In this document: piece after piece, positions 26,366 through 39,943 of the stretch
Layout of the letters: each line of letters starts with the position of its first letter
Position numbering within the stretch: position 1 is the first letter of the stretch
Source of the DNA: Eledone cirrhosa
Taxonomy: Eukaryota
Assembly (NCBI GenBank): GCA_964016885.1
Contig: OZ024740.1
Coordinates: forward strand, 116,870,001-116,934,000
Reading direction: 5' to 3'
Length of the DNA: 64,000 bases
Made by a program: the position numbers and the translations under genes
Notes under the pieces: generated by a model
Seen by the model: only the letters and a program-made list of their open reading frames with translations
The model's database searches: none
What the model was told of the DNA's origin: nothing

Positions 26366-29300
26366 CTTGGTTGTCCATCGTAAACGATGATGACATCTTC
26401 TTTACTTTAGTTCCCGTCTGCCATGGGCACGAAGGTGGCTATGGAGGCCGATCCTTGACTTGCAAGTCCGGGGACAGTGGGGGGCAGGGGAAGAGACCGG
26501 AGTCGCTTGGGGCAGCTGTTGATGCCTTTCTCCTCCTTTCACGGGCCTCAGTGACCTCTTCCCGTCTCTTCTCTTCAAAAGAGTCTTTGGCGCGTCTGGT
26601 AAGGGTTCGCCACTCAGTCCTGCCCTGAGCATGAGACTCGAGTTGTTTTGGCGCGATTCCAGTGTTGTTGATACTGGACTCCACGCAGTCTTTGAACCTT
26701 TTGAGAGACCTGCCCCGCTTTCGTTTCCCCGAACAGAGTTTCCCATACACCAGTTGCTTCGGAAGCCTGTGATCGTCCATCCGGATGACATGTCCCACCC
26801 ATCGAAGTTGGCTCTTCAGTATCATAGCTTTGACACTGGTTATCTCAGCCATGTCAAGAACTTCGATGCTGGAGACCTTGTCCTGCCACTTGATATTCAT
26901 AATTGACCGCAGGCTGCGCACGTGGAACCGTTCCAGCTGCTTCAGATGCCTTCTGTACAGGGTCCATGTCTCACATCCGTAGAGGAGGCTGGTGAGAACA
27001 ACGGCCCTGTACACCTTGAGTTTGGTGGACTGCCTGGTGTTGTGCTGGTTCAGGACGCATGTCCTCAGGCGGCCGAGGGCTTGACTGGCCTTGCAGATTC
27101 TGGCATTTATCTCCTTTTTAAGGCTTCCATCGCTGCTGATGACACTGCCGAGGTACTTGAAGTCGTCCACTGTCTTTAGCTGGGTGCCTCCGATGGAGAT
27201 GGAAGGAGAGTGGGCGACGGAGACAGGTGCAGGCTGGAACAGAATCTCAGTCTTGCCAAGGCTAATTGTGAGACCGAAGAGGCAGGAGGCCTCCGCGAAC
27301 TTGTTGACGATGACTTGGAGGTCAGACTCCATGTGGGCGATGAGGGCACAGACGTCAGCAAAAAGTGCCTCCAGGACGGTCCTCTGCACGGTCCTTGTCT
27401 TGGCCGTCAGGCGCCGCAGGTCAAACAGGGAGCCGTCCAGTCTGTATCGCAGATACACTCCGTGCTCGAGGTCCCTGGCGGCATGATTGAGCACGCAGGT
27501 GAAGAACAAGTTGAAGAGGACGGGAGCCAGCACTCATCCTTGCTTGACGCCGTTGGTGATTCCGAACGGCTTCGATGCCTCTCCGCCGAGCGCACCTGCC
27601 CGGTCATGTCGTCATGGAATTTCCGTATCAGTTTCACAAACTTTGTCGGGCATCCAAACTTCGACAGATCGACCATAGGGCCTCCCTGTTGAGAGTGTCG
27701 AATGCCTTCGTCAAGTCTATGAAGACGGCAAAGAGGTCCATGTTCTGCTCGACACACTTCTCCTGCACCTGGTATACAGAGAAGATCATGCCGACCGTGC
27801 TGCGGTTTGGGCGGAACCCACACTGGGCCTCAGGCAGGTTGTCCTCCGAGATGTTGGCAATGAGGCGGTTGAGCATGACCCGAGCCAGGGTTTCCAAGCG
27901 ATGGACAGGAGAGAAATGCCTCGATAGTTGCCACAGTCAGTTTTGCTGCCTTTATTCTTAAAAAGCGAGACAACTGTGGCATCCCTGAAGTCTTTGGGCA
28001 CCTCTTCTTCCTCCCATATGCTCACGAGGAGGGTGTGGAAGGCCCCAGGGCACTGGACCGGCCGACTTGAAGATCTTGGCAGGAATCCCCTCCTTCCCAG
28101 GGGGCTTTCCTGAGCTGGTCTGGTTGATTGCCTTTGTGACTTCATCCAACGTGTGTGTGTGTGTGTGGGGGGGGGGGGGGGGTCGAGGCTGCCGACTACG
28201 GGCTTCTGTGGGACCTGGTCGAGGGCGGCAGGGTCGACAGTGGAGGGTCTGTTGAGCAGGTTGCTGAAGTGCTCTCTCCACCTCGAGTTTATGCTGCTCT
28301 TCTCCTTCAGCAGGATCGAGCCGTCAGAAGACAGCAGCGGTGTGGTGACAGGCTTGGGGGTCCGTAGACGTCCCCGATGGCGCTGAAGAATATCTTGGAG
28401 TTCTTTGTGTCAGCGTATCTCTCGACTTCTTCGGCCTTCTTTTCCCACCACTTTTCCTGCATTCTGCGTAGCGCTGCTTGGGTCTGCCTCTGGAGGTGCT
28501 TGAAGCGGTCGCGCTTCGAGGTGGAGGAGCCGACATTCTGCCACTCAATGAAAGCCCTCCTCTCTCGTCCAGGAGTTGTCTGATGCGCTCATCGTTTTCA
28601 TCAAACCAGTCCTAGTGGACTCTCTTCCTCGGCCCGATGGTTGCCTTGGCTGACTCTGTCACTAGCGACCTGAACTGGTCCCACTGATGAGTTGGGGGTC
28701 CGGTCAGTGGTCCATGGGCAGTCAGCCGGCCGTCCAGGTCTTCTGCGAACGCATCACGATGCTCTGGCTGCTTGAGTCTTGCGACGTCGAAAGCTGGCCT
28801 ACAGACTTGCGATACGTCGGGGTGATGTGCAGTGACAGGATGGTCCTGACAAGGCGATGGTCGGTCCAACACTCTGCACCACCCATGGCTCTGGTGATTC
28901 TGACGTCACGGATGTCCCTCCTGCTGCATATGGCAAAGTCAATCATATGCCACTGTTTGGATCTGGGGTGCATCCATGTCGTCTTGAACTTGTCTGCCTG
29001 GCGGAACAGTGTGCTGGTGATGGTGAGGTCGCAGAAACTCAACAGTAAGAGGCCGTTGGAGTTCAGCTTCCCTGTGCCGTGAGGTCCCAGCACGCCTCTC
29101 CAGTTGCTGCTGTCAGACCCGACTCTTGCGTTGAAGTCACCCCCCCCCCCAGTAGAATAAGTTTATCGCTTGGGGCGACGCCCTTCACGAGTGCGTTGAG
29201 TTCCCCGTAGAAAGCGTCCTTAGCTTCATCGCTGCTGGTGAGAGTGGGGGCGTACGCGCTGATGACTGTGACATGCAGAGATGGGTCGAGGGGGAAGCGG

Positions 29301-30390
29301 AGCTTCATCAGCCGCGCACTCACATGTGTTGGGAGGTATGGTAGCTGCTTGCAGAGCGAAGTCCTGATGGCCAGGCCTAGCCCGTGGATTCTGTCCTCGT
29401 CCTTTGCATTGCCATTCCAGAAGAAGGTGTAGCCTCCTTTCGGTTCTGCTACTGATCCTTCTTCGGCAAGTCTAGTCTCGCTGAGGGCGGCTATGTCAAT
29501 CCGGTAGCGAGCTAATTCCCTAGCTATGAGGGCAGTTCTTCTCTCTGGCCTCAAGAAGGTTTCCCTATCCATGAGGGTGCGCACATTCCATGCGCCAAGA
29601 ATCAAGTTCTTCTTTCTATTATGTTGGTTTCGACCGCTAGCAAGGATAAAACCGCCAGCCTCGGTAGACTGGCCGGCTTTGTGTGGGACGAGCATTTGGT
29701 TAGGGCTCCTTTTATCGCCCCTCCCCTCGTGCGAGGGTGAGCAGTGCTCCCCTGAAAAGGGCTGCTCAGTCGCCTGGTGTGGCCGCCCCCGTGTGGGTTT
29801 GAGACTGGCAACTCCCAGAGGTTACCCCCACCTGTTACCTCCGCCTCTCGCCCATCGCCGCAGGGCTTTGGGTGTGCACACTAAAGAAGAAACCTGTGCG
29901 GGAAAGGTTTATAGTGGGAGGGCCAGTGTACAGTGACGGTCCCACTCACTCGGCCGCAGAAGCCAGAATCCGGTGGTACGGAGGACCGTCACGACCAGGG
30001 ACTTCCTTGGCTGCAGTGGATGGCCACGACGTCTGTAGTCCCTTTCCGTGCGTTAGCGCTCCATACCGCTTGCTGTCGCCGGCTTCGTGACTGTTGGGAC
30101 GATGTTGTCCTCCTCCACTCACTCCGCCGGGTCCAGTCTTCGCATGCAGGGGCAGGCATACACTATCTAACTCACCGAGGGGTTGCAGGCCCGTCCGGCT
30201 ACCCTCAACCTGGTTCGGCCCGCCAGCCAAGGCAGTTTATCAGGGTGTGGCCGCTGTCGCATGCTACAGCTTCTTGGGGCCACCGGTGAGAGCTGAGTGT
30301 CAGGTGGGACCCAATGCAGGACGAGCTGTCCTGAAAAGGGCATGGCTTAGCCCCCCCTACATAGGTACATGCCCCTCCCTGACACCCCAG
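26366..30390 (-). mobile_element. Near full-length RTE-clade LINE, GC-rich
   Basis: ~700-nt 5' UTR, single EN-RT ORF, short 3' hairpin gtcatcatcgtttacgatggac. Confidence 0.95.
26402..29695 (-). pseudogene. RTE ORF (APE endonuclease, reverse transcriptase, C-terminal C2H2), multiple frameshifts
   Basis: GAWNVRTL..AALSETRL..SAYAPT; TDHRLV; NYRGISLLS; QCGFRPNRST; FIDLTKAFD; LFADV (YADD motif decayed); FKYLGS; QLRWVGHV; CPRTCKSRIGLHSHLRAH. Confidence 0.95.
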
Positions 30391-31071
30391 GCATATACAC
30401 AAGTATATACATACACATACATATGTACATGTGTATATATATATTTACACATTTTTGAAAGGCCGTTGACTCTTATCAGTTCTTCCGCCCTTTGTCAGGT
30501 TTTGTTTTTTGTCCTGTAGGGTGTCCAAAATCACCCTCCTCACCAAGTAAACTTGGTGGGGTTGCCAGTTTAGTCACCGACGACCCGACCATGAGACAGG
30601 TTGTACTGGTTTACATGTTACCTGTAGCACTCAAGAGTGACCTGATGTGCATGGCAATAATATATTATATATATATAACACATTATTGCCATGCAGACGA
30701 GCTAAGTTGTACAATTGGTGTAGGTCAGGAGAAAAATTAAAAAAACAGTCACAGCTCAGTTTGACATCACCAACGATCAGAAAAAGCCTTAGATGTGTCA
30801 CCGTGAAAGCTAACGATGATTTTTATACCATTGTGGTATGACCTGATTATTCTAAGCAGCTTTGTAGGACTGCCTACTCTCTAGTAGTTTGATGAGTACA
30901 CTGCAACGGATGGGATTAAAGCCTTTTGTTAACTATTTAAAAAAGAAAGCAATACACGGTGGCTGGTGATGCGCTGTACACATTTCTTGTTTTACAGTTG
31001 TTTCAGTTTGAGGTATATGCGACTATATTACCTATAGGTTTGTGCGAACAACCCAAAACACATAACTAACA

Positions 31072-31215
31072 ATGTTACAATTAATACAGTTCTCGTTCCA
31101 CACGCATAATGTCCTTCGATTCATCATGGAGCAATTCTATAATGCATACAGAGAATGTGCTCTAAGCCTCAGCATAAAAAATATTAAGGTTATAGCTTAT
31201 GATACTCCACACCAT
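31072..31215 (+). pseudogene. Old LINE RT fragment
   Basis: HTHNVLRFIMEQFYNAYRECALSLSIKNIKVI resembles the post-YADD segment of the adjacent RTE (HMESDLQVIVNKFAEASCLFGLTISLGKTEIL). Confidence 0.45.
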
Positions 31216-31247
31216 TATTTCCTTTTTGCTAACAGTTTCCCACATAG

Positions 31248-31312
31248 AGTGGTAGATATCTGGCCTCCTTTGTGGTAGATATCTGGCCTCCTTTGTGGTA
31301 GATATCTGGCCC
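31248..31312. repeat. 23-bp tandem repeat, about 3 copies
   Basis: gtggtagatatctggcctccttt repeated. Confidence 0.9.
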
Positions 31313-31985
31313 CATTCATTAAAAAATGAGTTTAACGTCGAATCGGTAACACAGCTACTGTGGTGAGTAAAATCATCAACAGAATATGGTAGCTAAATAT
31401 GGACGATATATGTCAGGCAAGAAAGTTTAATGCCTGACGAACGAGAGGTCTTCATAACATTTTGAGCAATTACACGGAAAGACAAAGTGATATGTGGAGG
31501 GATTTGGTTATCTTTGTTATATTTCCGTTTAGAATAGCTTCAAACCAGTTAGTATCTTCCATACGATAAGAGTGATGCCTTCTTAGTTTCAGAACATAAT
31601 TTATCCATAATATGTTTGCTGATCACTTCGAAGATTGTTTTCAATAAACTGATTAATTTAATGTTAGGTTTGTGTTCCAAATTGGCCTTCTGTTTGAACG
31701 TGAAAGAAAGATATGTGAGCAAAACTACGCCAGTGAGGCAGACGATATTTAGGTTTGAAGTTATTTTTTTACTGTGGATATGACATAATCAAACACGTTC
31801 GGTTTTCATGTAATTATTATTATTCAAATTACGAATGAATCCGTGGCATGTATTACATTTTAGTATTTATATATTCTTAATTTTATCTAATAAAAATAAT
31901 ATGTATGTTTGTATGTATGTGTGTATGTATGTGTGTATGCATGTATGTATGTATGTGTGTATATGTGTATGTGTCTATGCAAGTA

Positions 31986-32032
<47 letters not shown>

Positions 32033-32035
<3 letters not shown>

Positions 32036-32120
32036 GGTGTCTAATAAAGCACCAGCTTTCTAATAAATATTCCCCGTACAGGTAATCAACGTGTGTATAT
32101 ATATTTTTTGGGACACCCTG
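32033..32120. mobile_element. Tc1/mariner-type MITE
   Basis: TA|CAGGGTGTC...GACACCCTG|TA. Confidence 0.8.
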
Positions 32121-32159
32121 TATATATATATATATGTATATATACACACAGAGATAGAT

Positions 32160-32254
<95 letters not shown>

Positions 32255-32501
32255 ATGATAATGTATATGTTTGATTTCTGAGCTAATTTCACTTCTGCCA
32301 TACTTTTATAGGTTGGAAACAGTAAACAGTTAGCTAGATTGTTTACAGCTAAGTGGGAGGACTTCGTGTCAATAAATGAAACACAATTACAGTTAAGTGC
32401 AATAACATTGAATGAACCTCATGCGTTGATTACATATATACGTCTGTATGTATATTTATATATATATATTTATATATATATATTTAAATAGAATGTAATA
32501 T

Positions 32502-32682
32502 AATTGTTTCTACTTTTGGCGCAAGGCCAGCAATTATTCCAGTGAATTACTGGTACTTTATTTTATCGACCCCGTAAGGATGAAAGGCAAAGTTAACCTC
32601 GGCGGGATTTGAACTCAGACCGTAAATCGACGTAACTGTACTGCAAAGCATGGCGTCCGACCCTCTACCGATACTGCCAATC
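32502..32682 (-). mobile_element. SINE family A
   Basis: Family A body; 5' end abuts the Helitron-like element. Confidence 0.85.
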
Positions 32683-32837
32683 TCCTTATAATATATAACC
32701 AGCAATTTCTCTGTTTGTCTGTCTGTCCGACAGTGGAAACACGTGCGCGCGTGCGAATGTTTTTTTGCGCACGCGTAGAGAGAGAGTGGGAGTGAAAGAA
32801 AGAGACAGACTACGAGAGGGGGATAGCGGGAGGGAGA

Positions 32838-32878
<41 letters not shown>

Positions 32879-33164
32879 TAGACGCTAAAACACGTGCGCG
32901 CGTGCGAATGTTTTTTGCGCACGCGTAGAGAGAGAGAGTGAGAGTGAAAGAAAGAGACAGACTACAAGAGGGGGATAGCGGGAGGGAGAGAGGGTGGAAT
33001 TGAGGAGAGCTACAGAAACATATATACATTTCTGTGTGTGTGTAATATATATATATATACACACACAGAAATATATATATATACACACAGAAATATATAT
33101 ACATTTCTGTGTGTGTAATATATATATATATACACACAGAAATATATATACATTTCTGTGTGTG

Positions 33165-33209
<45 letters not shown>

Positions 33210-33283
33210 GAAATATATATACATTTCTGTGTGTGTAATATATATACTAGCAGAAAACCAGCCGATAGGCAGTTTTCTACTAG
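32683..33283 (+). mobile_element. Non-autonomous Helitron-like element with internal duplications
   Basis: Starts TCCTTATAATATATAA..gtctgtctgtcc; ends with hairpin gcagaaaacc..ggcagttttctaCTAG|T; internal ~150-bp duplication and acagaaat..atttctgt hairpin repeats. Confidence 0.55.
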
Positions 33284-33284
33284 T

Positions 33285-33794
33285 CTATATATATAAAACT
33301 GAGGATGTCTATCTGTGTGTGAGTTTGAATCCCTAAAACTAGAGAAGCATCCAACCCACTGTTTTCAAACTTTACACATGTAATACTTATGTTTCAGGGA
33401 GTGTTGTGAGCAAAAGAAATTTCAAATTTTCTATGCCCTAGGGACCGCATTAGGCGATTTAGCCATCTCTCTCTATAATTCTTAGTCTTTCTCTTTTTAG
33501 ATAGATACATACGTATAACGTCGCACCCTAATAATATCTGTCTGTATGTCTGGCTGTCTGCTACATCCGGTTATTCTGCCACCTTTGCTCAAGACAAATC
33601 TCACACTCAGTCCCCAAACAGTTGGTAAGTGCACACAACTTTTTCCTCACGTTTTATGCCACAGTGTTGCTTACTTACGTACCACCATACCCTTACTTCT
33701 TTGCCAGCCGTGGTTGTGGCAATACTAAGCTTAGCTAAGGCGGTTATATATTTCACAATACTTTATCTCGTGCAACGCCGGGTACCACTGCTAG
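33285..33794 (+). mobile_element. Non-autonomous Helitron-like element
   Basis: Starts TCTATATATATAAAACT..gtctatctgtgtg; ends cgtgcaacgccgggtaccactgCTAG|T. Confidence 0.7.
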
Positions 33795-33877
33795 TATAAT
33801 ATATAATATAATATAATATAATATAATATATATATATATATATATAATTAGCAAGTAAACAACACAATATATAACTA

Positions 33878-33950
33878 CGCCATTACCAAAGGTTTCATCA
33901 GGACCCTAGACAATATTAACATACGTCTAGTTCGCTCATCAGATAGAGCG
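33878..33950 (-). ncRNA. Hammerhead ribozyme candidate
   Basis: ctat-CTGATGA-gcgaactagac..gtctagggtcctgat-GAAA-cctttgg-TA-atgg; stem II base imperfect; adjacent to (TA)n. Confidence 0.6.
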
Positions 33951-34163
33951 GTTCCACACTAATTAAATAGTTCTTTGCTTTTTCTTCAGAAATACTTAAC
34001 ACACACACACATATATATACATAAGATGAGAGTTTCCTGATGGTTTCTTACGGAAGAAACAGTTCTAGTTCTGTAGAATACATTTCTATAATAAAATGAA
34101 TATACCTATATTCTACTAATTTATTATTTTGACAGTAGTCGTCTCCCGATTTACATTGTGATC

Positions 34164-34279
<116 letters not shown>

Positions 34280-34503
34280 CTTCTTGACCATGCATCCAAG
34301 CCTGCTCACATTCCTTATCATAAATTCCCATTGTTTATGTCTGCATTTATACCCAAATATACGTAGGTAAATATTTAGCTCTGTATAATATTCTCCTTGC
34401 TCTCTAATGCCCTCCTTATATATAAATATATATATACTGTATATATATATATTGAAATATACACATACATACATATATATATACATACATACACACACAT
34501 ATA

Positions 34504-34543
<40 letters not shown>

Positions 34544-34569
34544 CATACACACACACATATATTTATAAA

Positions 34570-34644
<75 letters not shown>

Positions 34645-34647
34645 TGT

Positions 34648-34694
<47 letters not shown>

Positions 34695-35389
34695 ATGTGT
34701 GTTTATCTGTTTTTAAGTATGTTTGCATGTCGTAATTGCGTTTCATTTTAAATTTAGGAAATTTTAAGTGTTAACATACGGCAGCTGTAAAGAAACATAT
34801 TCTTATCTGGTTTATTGTATTTGAATAATAGTTGCTTAAGACATATTGAGAATATGCACGTAAATAAATATATGAAGCTCTAAATTTAGTCTAAAAATAA
34901 GAGAAATATTTAGTTTTATTTATAAGAATTGTTAACCACTTTTTTAAAAGATCGGTTTTCGCTGTGTCCTGAAATTAACACCAGATTTTCATTAATGGTC
35001 ACGCTGAGTGAGACATTTGACAGAACAAATTATTGAACTTTTTGTCATTCGATTAATTATATCGATTATTATATTATATATCAGTCATGCTGTTTAGCGT
35101 TATCATTTAGCTCTTGGGTGCTTTTTGTAGAATGCAGTCTGTTGTAAATACACAGGTGAAGGTCAGGTAGTTCGGCGATCTGTTGAGAACTTCCTCCTTT
35201 CTGCCACCAGTCTCAAACCTCTTCCAAAGTTGTCATGGCTATGCCGTCTATCTTTCTTCCCGTGACTCAGTTATATATAACATTATCGATATATAATAAT
35301 ATTATCGATTAACGTATTAGATTGTATTATGAATTTTTTGTATATACTATATTTATCTAGCACTGCGTTATACAGATATAAACATTTTC

Positions 35390-35578
35390 AACCTTGTGTT
35401 AGGATATCATCTACGAATGCGTACCATCTTTAACAATCCATGGAGATACAGCTTATAAACTCACTGGCTGTCAAGAATTAATTATATACGCCTGTTAAAA
35501 ATAGTGGGGTTATAAGCAGTGTCTCCGTGAATAGTTAAAGACGGTCCACAGTCTCGGATGAAATTCCAACTCAAGATT
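35390..35578. mobile_element. Degenerate fold-back/MITE
   Basis: ccatctttaacaatccatggagatacagcttataaactcact versus agtggggttataagcagtgtctccgtgaatagttaaagacgg (imperfect inverted arms of ~70 bp). Confidence 0.65.
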
Positions 35579-36572
35579 TAAACTAACCCAGCTTATCCCT
35601 GCTTTGCGCTGATGAATATATTATTAATAAAGACAAAGTGTTTACATCTGATTATTATGTAAATTATTGGCTAGGATATATAGACATACTTTATAGTGCA
35701 GTATGACATTGTAAGAAATGCAACAACAACAAAAACACTGGAAAGCAGCAGTAATTTCTTGTGTTATTTTTCAATTACTCATGATGGGCAATAACAACCA
35801 TTTTTTAAAATCAGTTCTTTATTTCAAGAAAACTGAAAATCCGTCTCAATATTTTGAGGAATTTAGGATGCCGAATTGCAATGATAATTAAGTGCCTCAT
35901 CCCTTTATCTTCTCTAAAATATAAGCTCAATATCCGATTGCTGGAAAAAATGTTTTTCAAAACTATCAAGGTGAGACATTTGCTAGTATAGTGACGCTAT
36001 CTTTCTCCACGCCAGAGTAGACGATATCTCTCAGAGAAAGGGAGAAAGGAGAGAACGTGAGAATTTGAACACGTGTCGCAGATAGCCGGAGCGCCTACTG
36101 GAGAGCATTCTATCCCTCGTTCTAACGACTCTGCCAATCCGCCTTACAATATATTTTAAATAACATCATTAAAAATATCCTTTCAATCCAAAAGTACAAC
36201 TCAATTTCAGTGTCTCTTTAAAACTTACTATATCCGAAAGAAACGAAATACCTTTAATGAACAAAGATAATAGCGATAATTATCTTTAAATTATACATTT
36301 TGTTATACGGAGAAGAAATTTACTTTGATAAACGTCTGCAGCTTGGAATGCAAATAAATAAACAGATGTTTAAAATGAGTGTAAGTTATAAGCTAACGCT
36401 CATATTGAATCGAGTTAAATAGACTAGATACTTTATGCAGGTATGAGTTATATAAACTATATATCTGTTGATAGTAGATGTACTTTTGTACTGTCAGAGG
36501 AACTATGCTATTATACAAACATGCACAAAACGACTATATATTCTAGGTGTATGTGGCTCTCTCTCATTCACG

Positions 36573-36641
<69 letters not shown>

Positions 36642-37229
36642 TCTCTTTCTATGTGCGTGTCTTGCTCGTAATTAAGAATTTGACGAATCTCAACGACAAA
36701 TATTCTGAAACAATGTTCAGAGGACAGTTGTTTTATGTATATTACACCTTGCGGGATACTCCTAAAACCTACCGCATCTCATTCAACTAGTACTGCCGCA
36801 GAGAAGATTATAGCCGGTTAAATCGAGATTAGTACTTGACTGAAACATTATTCTATCGATTTTGGAATTATAAAAAGAAAAGGTAACTTTGGTGAGATTT
36901 TGAACTAGAACATAAGTGATCAGCACTAAATACTGGGACGTTTTATGTCAAGCTTTTGTCTGATTTCGTACAATTAATTTGTATTTTAATATTAATAAGG
37001 ATTTGTAATATAGAGACAAGGCCCCACAATTTCTGGGAGACTATAATTGATACAGATCCAATTCAATACTTGTGTGGTACCTAAAATAGACCACCACCCC
37101 ACTAGTATTTTAGCAAGGTCATTAAATCGGATACTCCACAGCTTCTAATGATTTCTACCGATTCTAATGGTTTCTAACCTAGGTACATAACAATAATTTT
37201 GAGGTACAGGCAGAGTTTAATAATGATTT

Positions 37230-37652
37230 GTACTATAAGTAATTTGGGGAGCGGGGAAAATCTATTACAGTCCATTACTGGTGCTTTATTTTATCGACCC
37301 CTTAAGAATGAAAGGCAAAGTTAACCTCGGCGGGAATTGAACTCAGAACGTAAAGGGCCGTAACTCTACGCTGCAAAGCATGGTGCCTGATGCTCTACCG
37401 ATACTGCCGATCCACCGTCCTGGCACAGTTTAATAATGATTTCTAATATAGGCACAAGGCCAGTAATTTGGGGGGAGGGGAAAGTCGATTAAATCGATCC
37501 CAGTACATTACTGGTGCTTTATTTTATCGACCCATAAGGATGAAAGGCAAAGTTAACCTCGTCGAGAATCGAAGTCTGAACGTAAAGGGCCATAACTTTA
37601 TGCTGCAAAGCGTGGTGTCTGACGCTCTACCGATATTGCCGATCCACCGCCC
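37230..37652 (-). mobile_element. Two tandem SINE family A copies
   Basis: Separated and flanked by repeated gtttaataat(g). Confidence 0.85.
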
Positions 37653-38274
37653 TGGCAGTGTTTAATAATAAAAACTTTCAGGACCTACACAAATGTTAAA
37701 GCTTTGAGGCCTATTAGCCCAGAACTTATTCGGGTTGCATTAGCGTTAGGCGACAAAGAATACAGAAATTCGTCTTGAGATTCAGCTAGTCCTTCACAGC
37801 TGCTGGTACTGAATTTTTAACTACGTGAATTGGAGCAACACGAAAGGAAGTGTCTTGTGCAAGGACACAATGTACGACTTGGTCTGGAAATGGAACCCAC
37901 AACCACATGATCGTGAGTGCAACACCTAGACTGCGTACATTTACCTAATACTTAAATTTCATTTTTATCAACATTAAAAGGCAAAGTTGCCGTTAGCTGG
38001 ATTTGAACTCGATTGTAAAGTAATGTTACTGAATAATTGTTTCTAGTTTTGGCTCATGGCCAGCAATTTGAAGGCGATGTGCCAAAAGGAGAAACAATTA
38101 TACAAACCACCTACATTATATGGATTCTGCAATCTCCATCAAAGTCCTCTTTTAAAGTGCAATATTTCTCCGCTTTCAAAACTATTCAACCTCTTTATAA
38201 ATACGTGTATATATATATAGTATTAGTATATAGTATATAGTATATAGTATATATATATATATAGAGAGAGAGAG

Positions 38275-38417
<143 letters not shown>

Positions 38418-38971
38418 GATAGATAGATAGATAGATAGAGAGATAGATAGATAGACAATTTCATAGGGATTTATCCCCAAAACAAAAACAAAACGAAACC
38501 GTCCAACATCATCAACTGTCAATTATTTCTATGGAGACTAAAATTTTGACTCAAAGAAAAGTGTTTTCTCCATTCTTTGCTCCTTAGTGTGGTTTCTTTT
38601 TTTTCTGGATATTTGCCATCTTTATCTAGGGCCCCAAACAACCGATGAACGAAAACACAAGATACAGCTGTTTCCTCCGCTCACATATAAACTACACTCG
38701 TCATAAAAACAGCTGACAGCATATCAGGCTGAAAGTGTTTACCTTTCTTTGAATTGTTTAGCTAGGAACAATATTAAAAGGAAAAAGAAGCTTCATTTAT
38801 ATATATATATATATATTTATATATATGTATGTATGTGTGTATGTGTGTATATATATTATATGTGTGTGTATGTGTGTATGTATTTATACAAATATGTGTG
38901 TGCGTGTTTAAATATATGTGTATACAATACTGTGTGCATACACACACACACACATATATATATCCATATAT

Positions 38972-39046
<75 letters not shown>

Positions 39047-39113
39047 TACATATATACATACATACGTATGCATAGATATATACATATAGACATACATATA
39101 TACGTATGCATAT

Positions 39114-39156
<43 letters not shown>

Positions 39157-39157
39157 C

Positions 39158-39215
<58 letters not shown>

Positions 39216-39249
39216 ATATATATATACATACATACATATATATATATAT

Positions 39250-39303
<54 letters not shown>

Positions 39304-39782
39304 GTATATATGTATATATATCATATGTATGTCTATGTATACAAATAAAACCAATATTTGTTCAAAGTATATAAACTTCAGTTTATATACTTTGTGTGAA
39401 TTCTTCTGTTTTTCTACCCTTCTTAATATCTTTTTTGCAACAATTATTCAATTATTCTCAGAGATTCTTTTGTCTCGGTATTTTTATTCTCAGGAGTTCA
39501 TAGAGAGAGGAAGTAGGTTGTGTGTTGAAGTCAAAACAACAAATAATAACTATTATATATCCTACTTATATTCTTTTCTTTGCATTTTATTTTAATAAAT
39601 CTTTCTATTTGAAGGTTCTTATTTGTATATATTTCTTTCAGTAATTCAGCCATACATATATATGAATAAGTGTCTGTGTATATATGTGCAAGATTTTCTT
39701 TTTCGTGTGTGCGCTTCACTGTGTTCTTATGCGTGTATCTGCATGCTAACCTGTTTGTGTGTCGGTTTGTATGTATATGACG

Positions 39783-39817
<35 letters not shown>

Positions 39818-39886
39818 ATGTGTGTGTGTGTGTGCGTGTATGTGTATGTGTGCGCGTGTGCATATTTGTGTGTGTTTGCGTGTATG

Positions 39887-39943
<57 letters not shown>

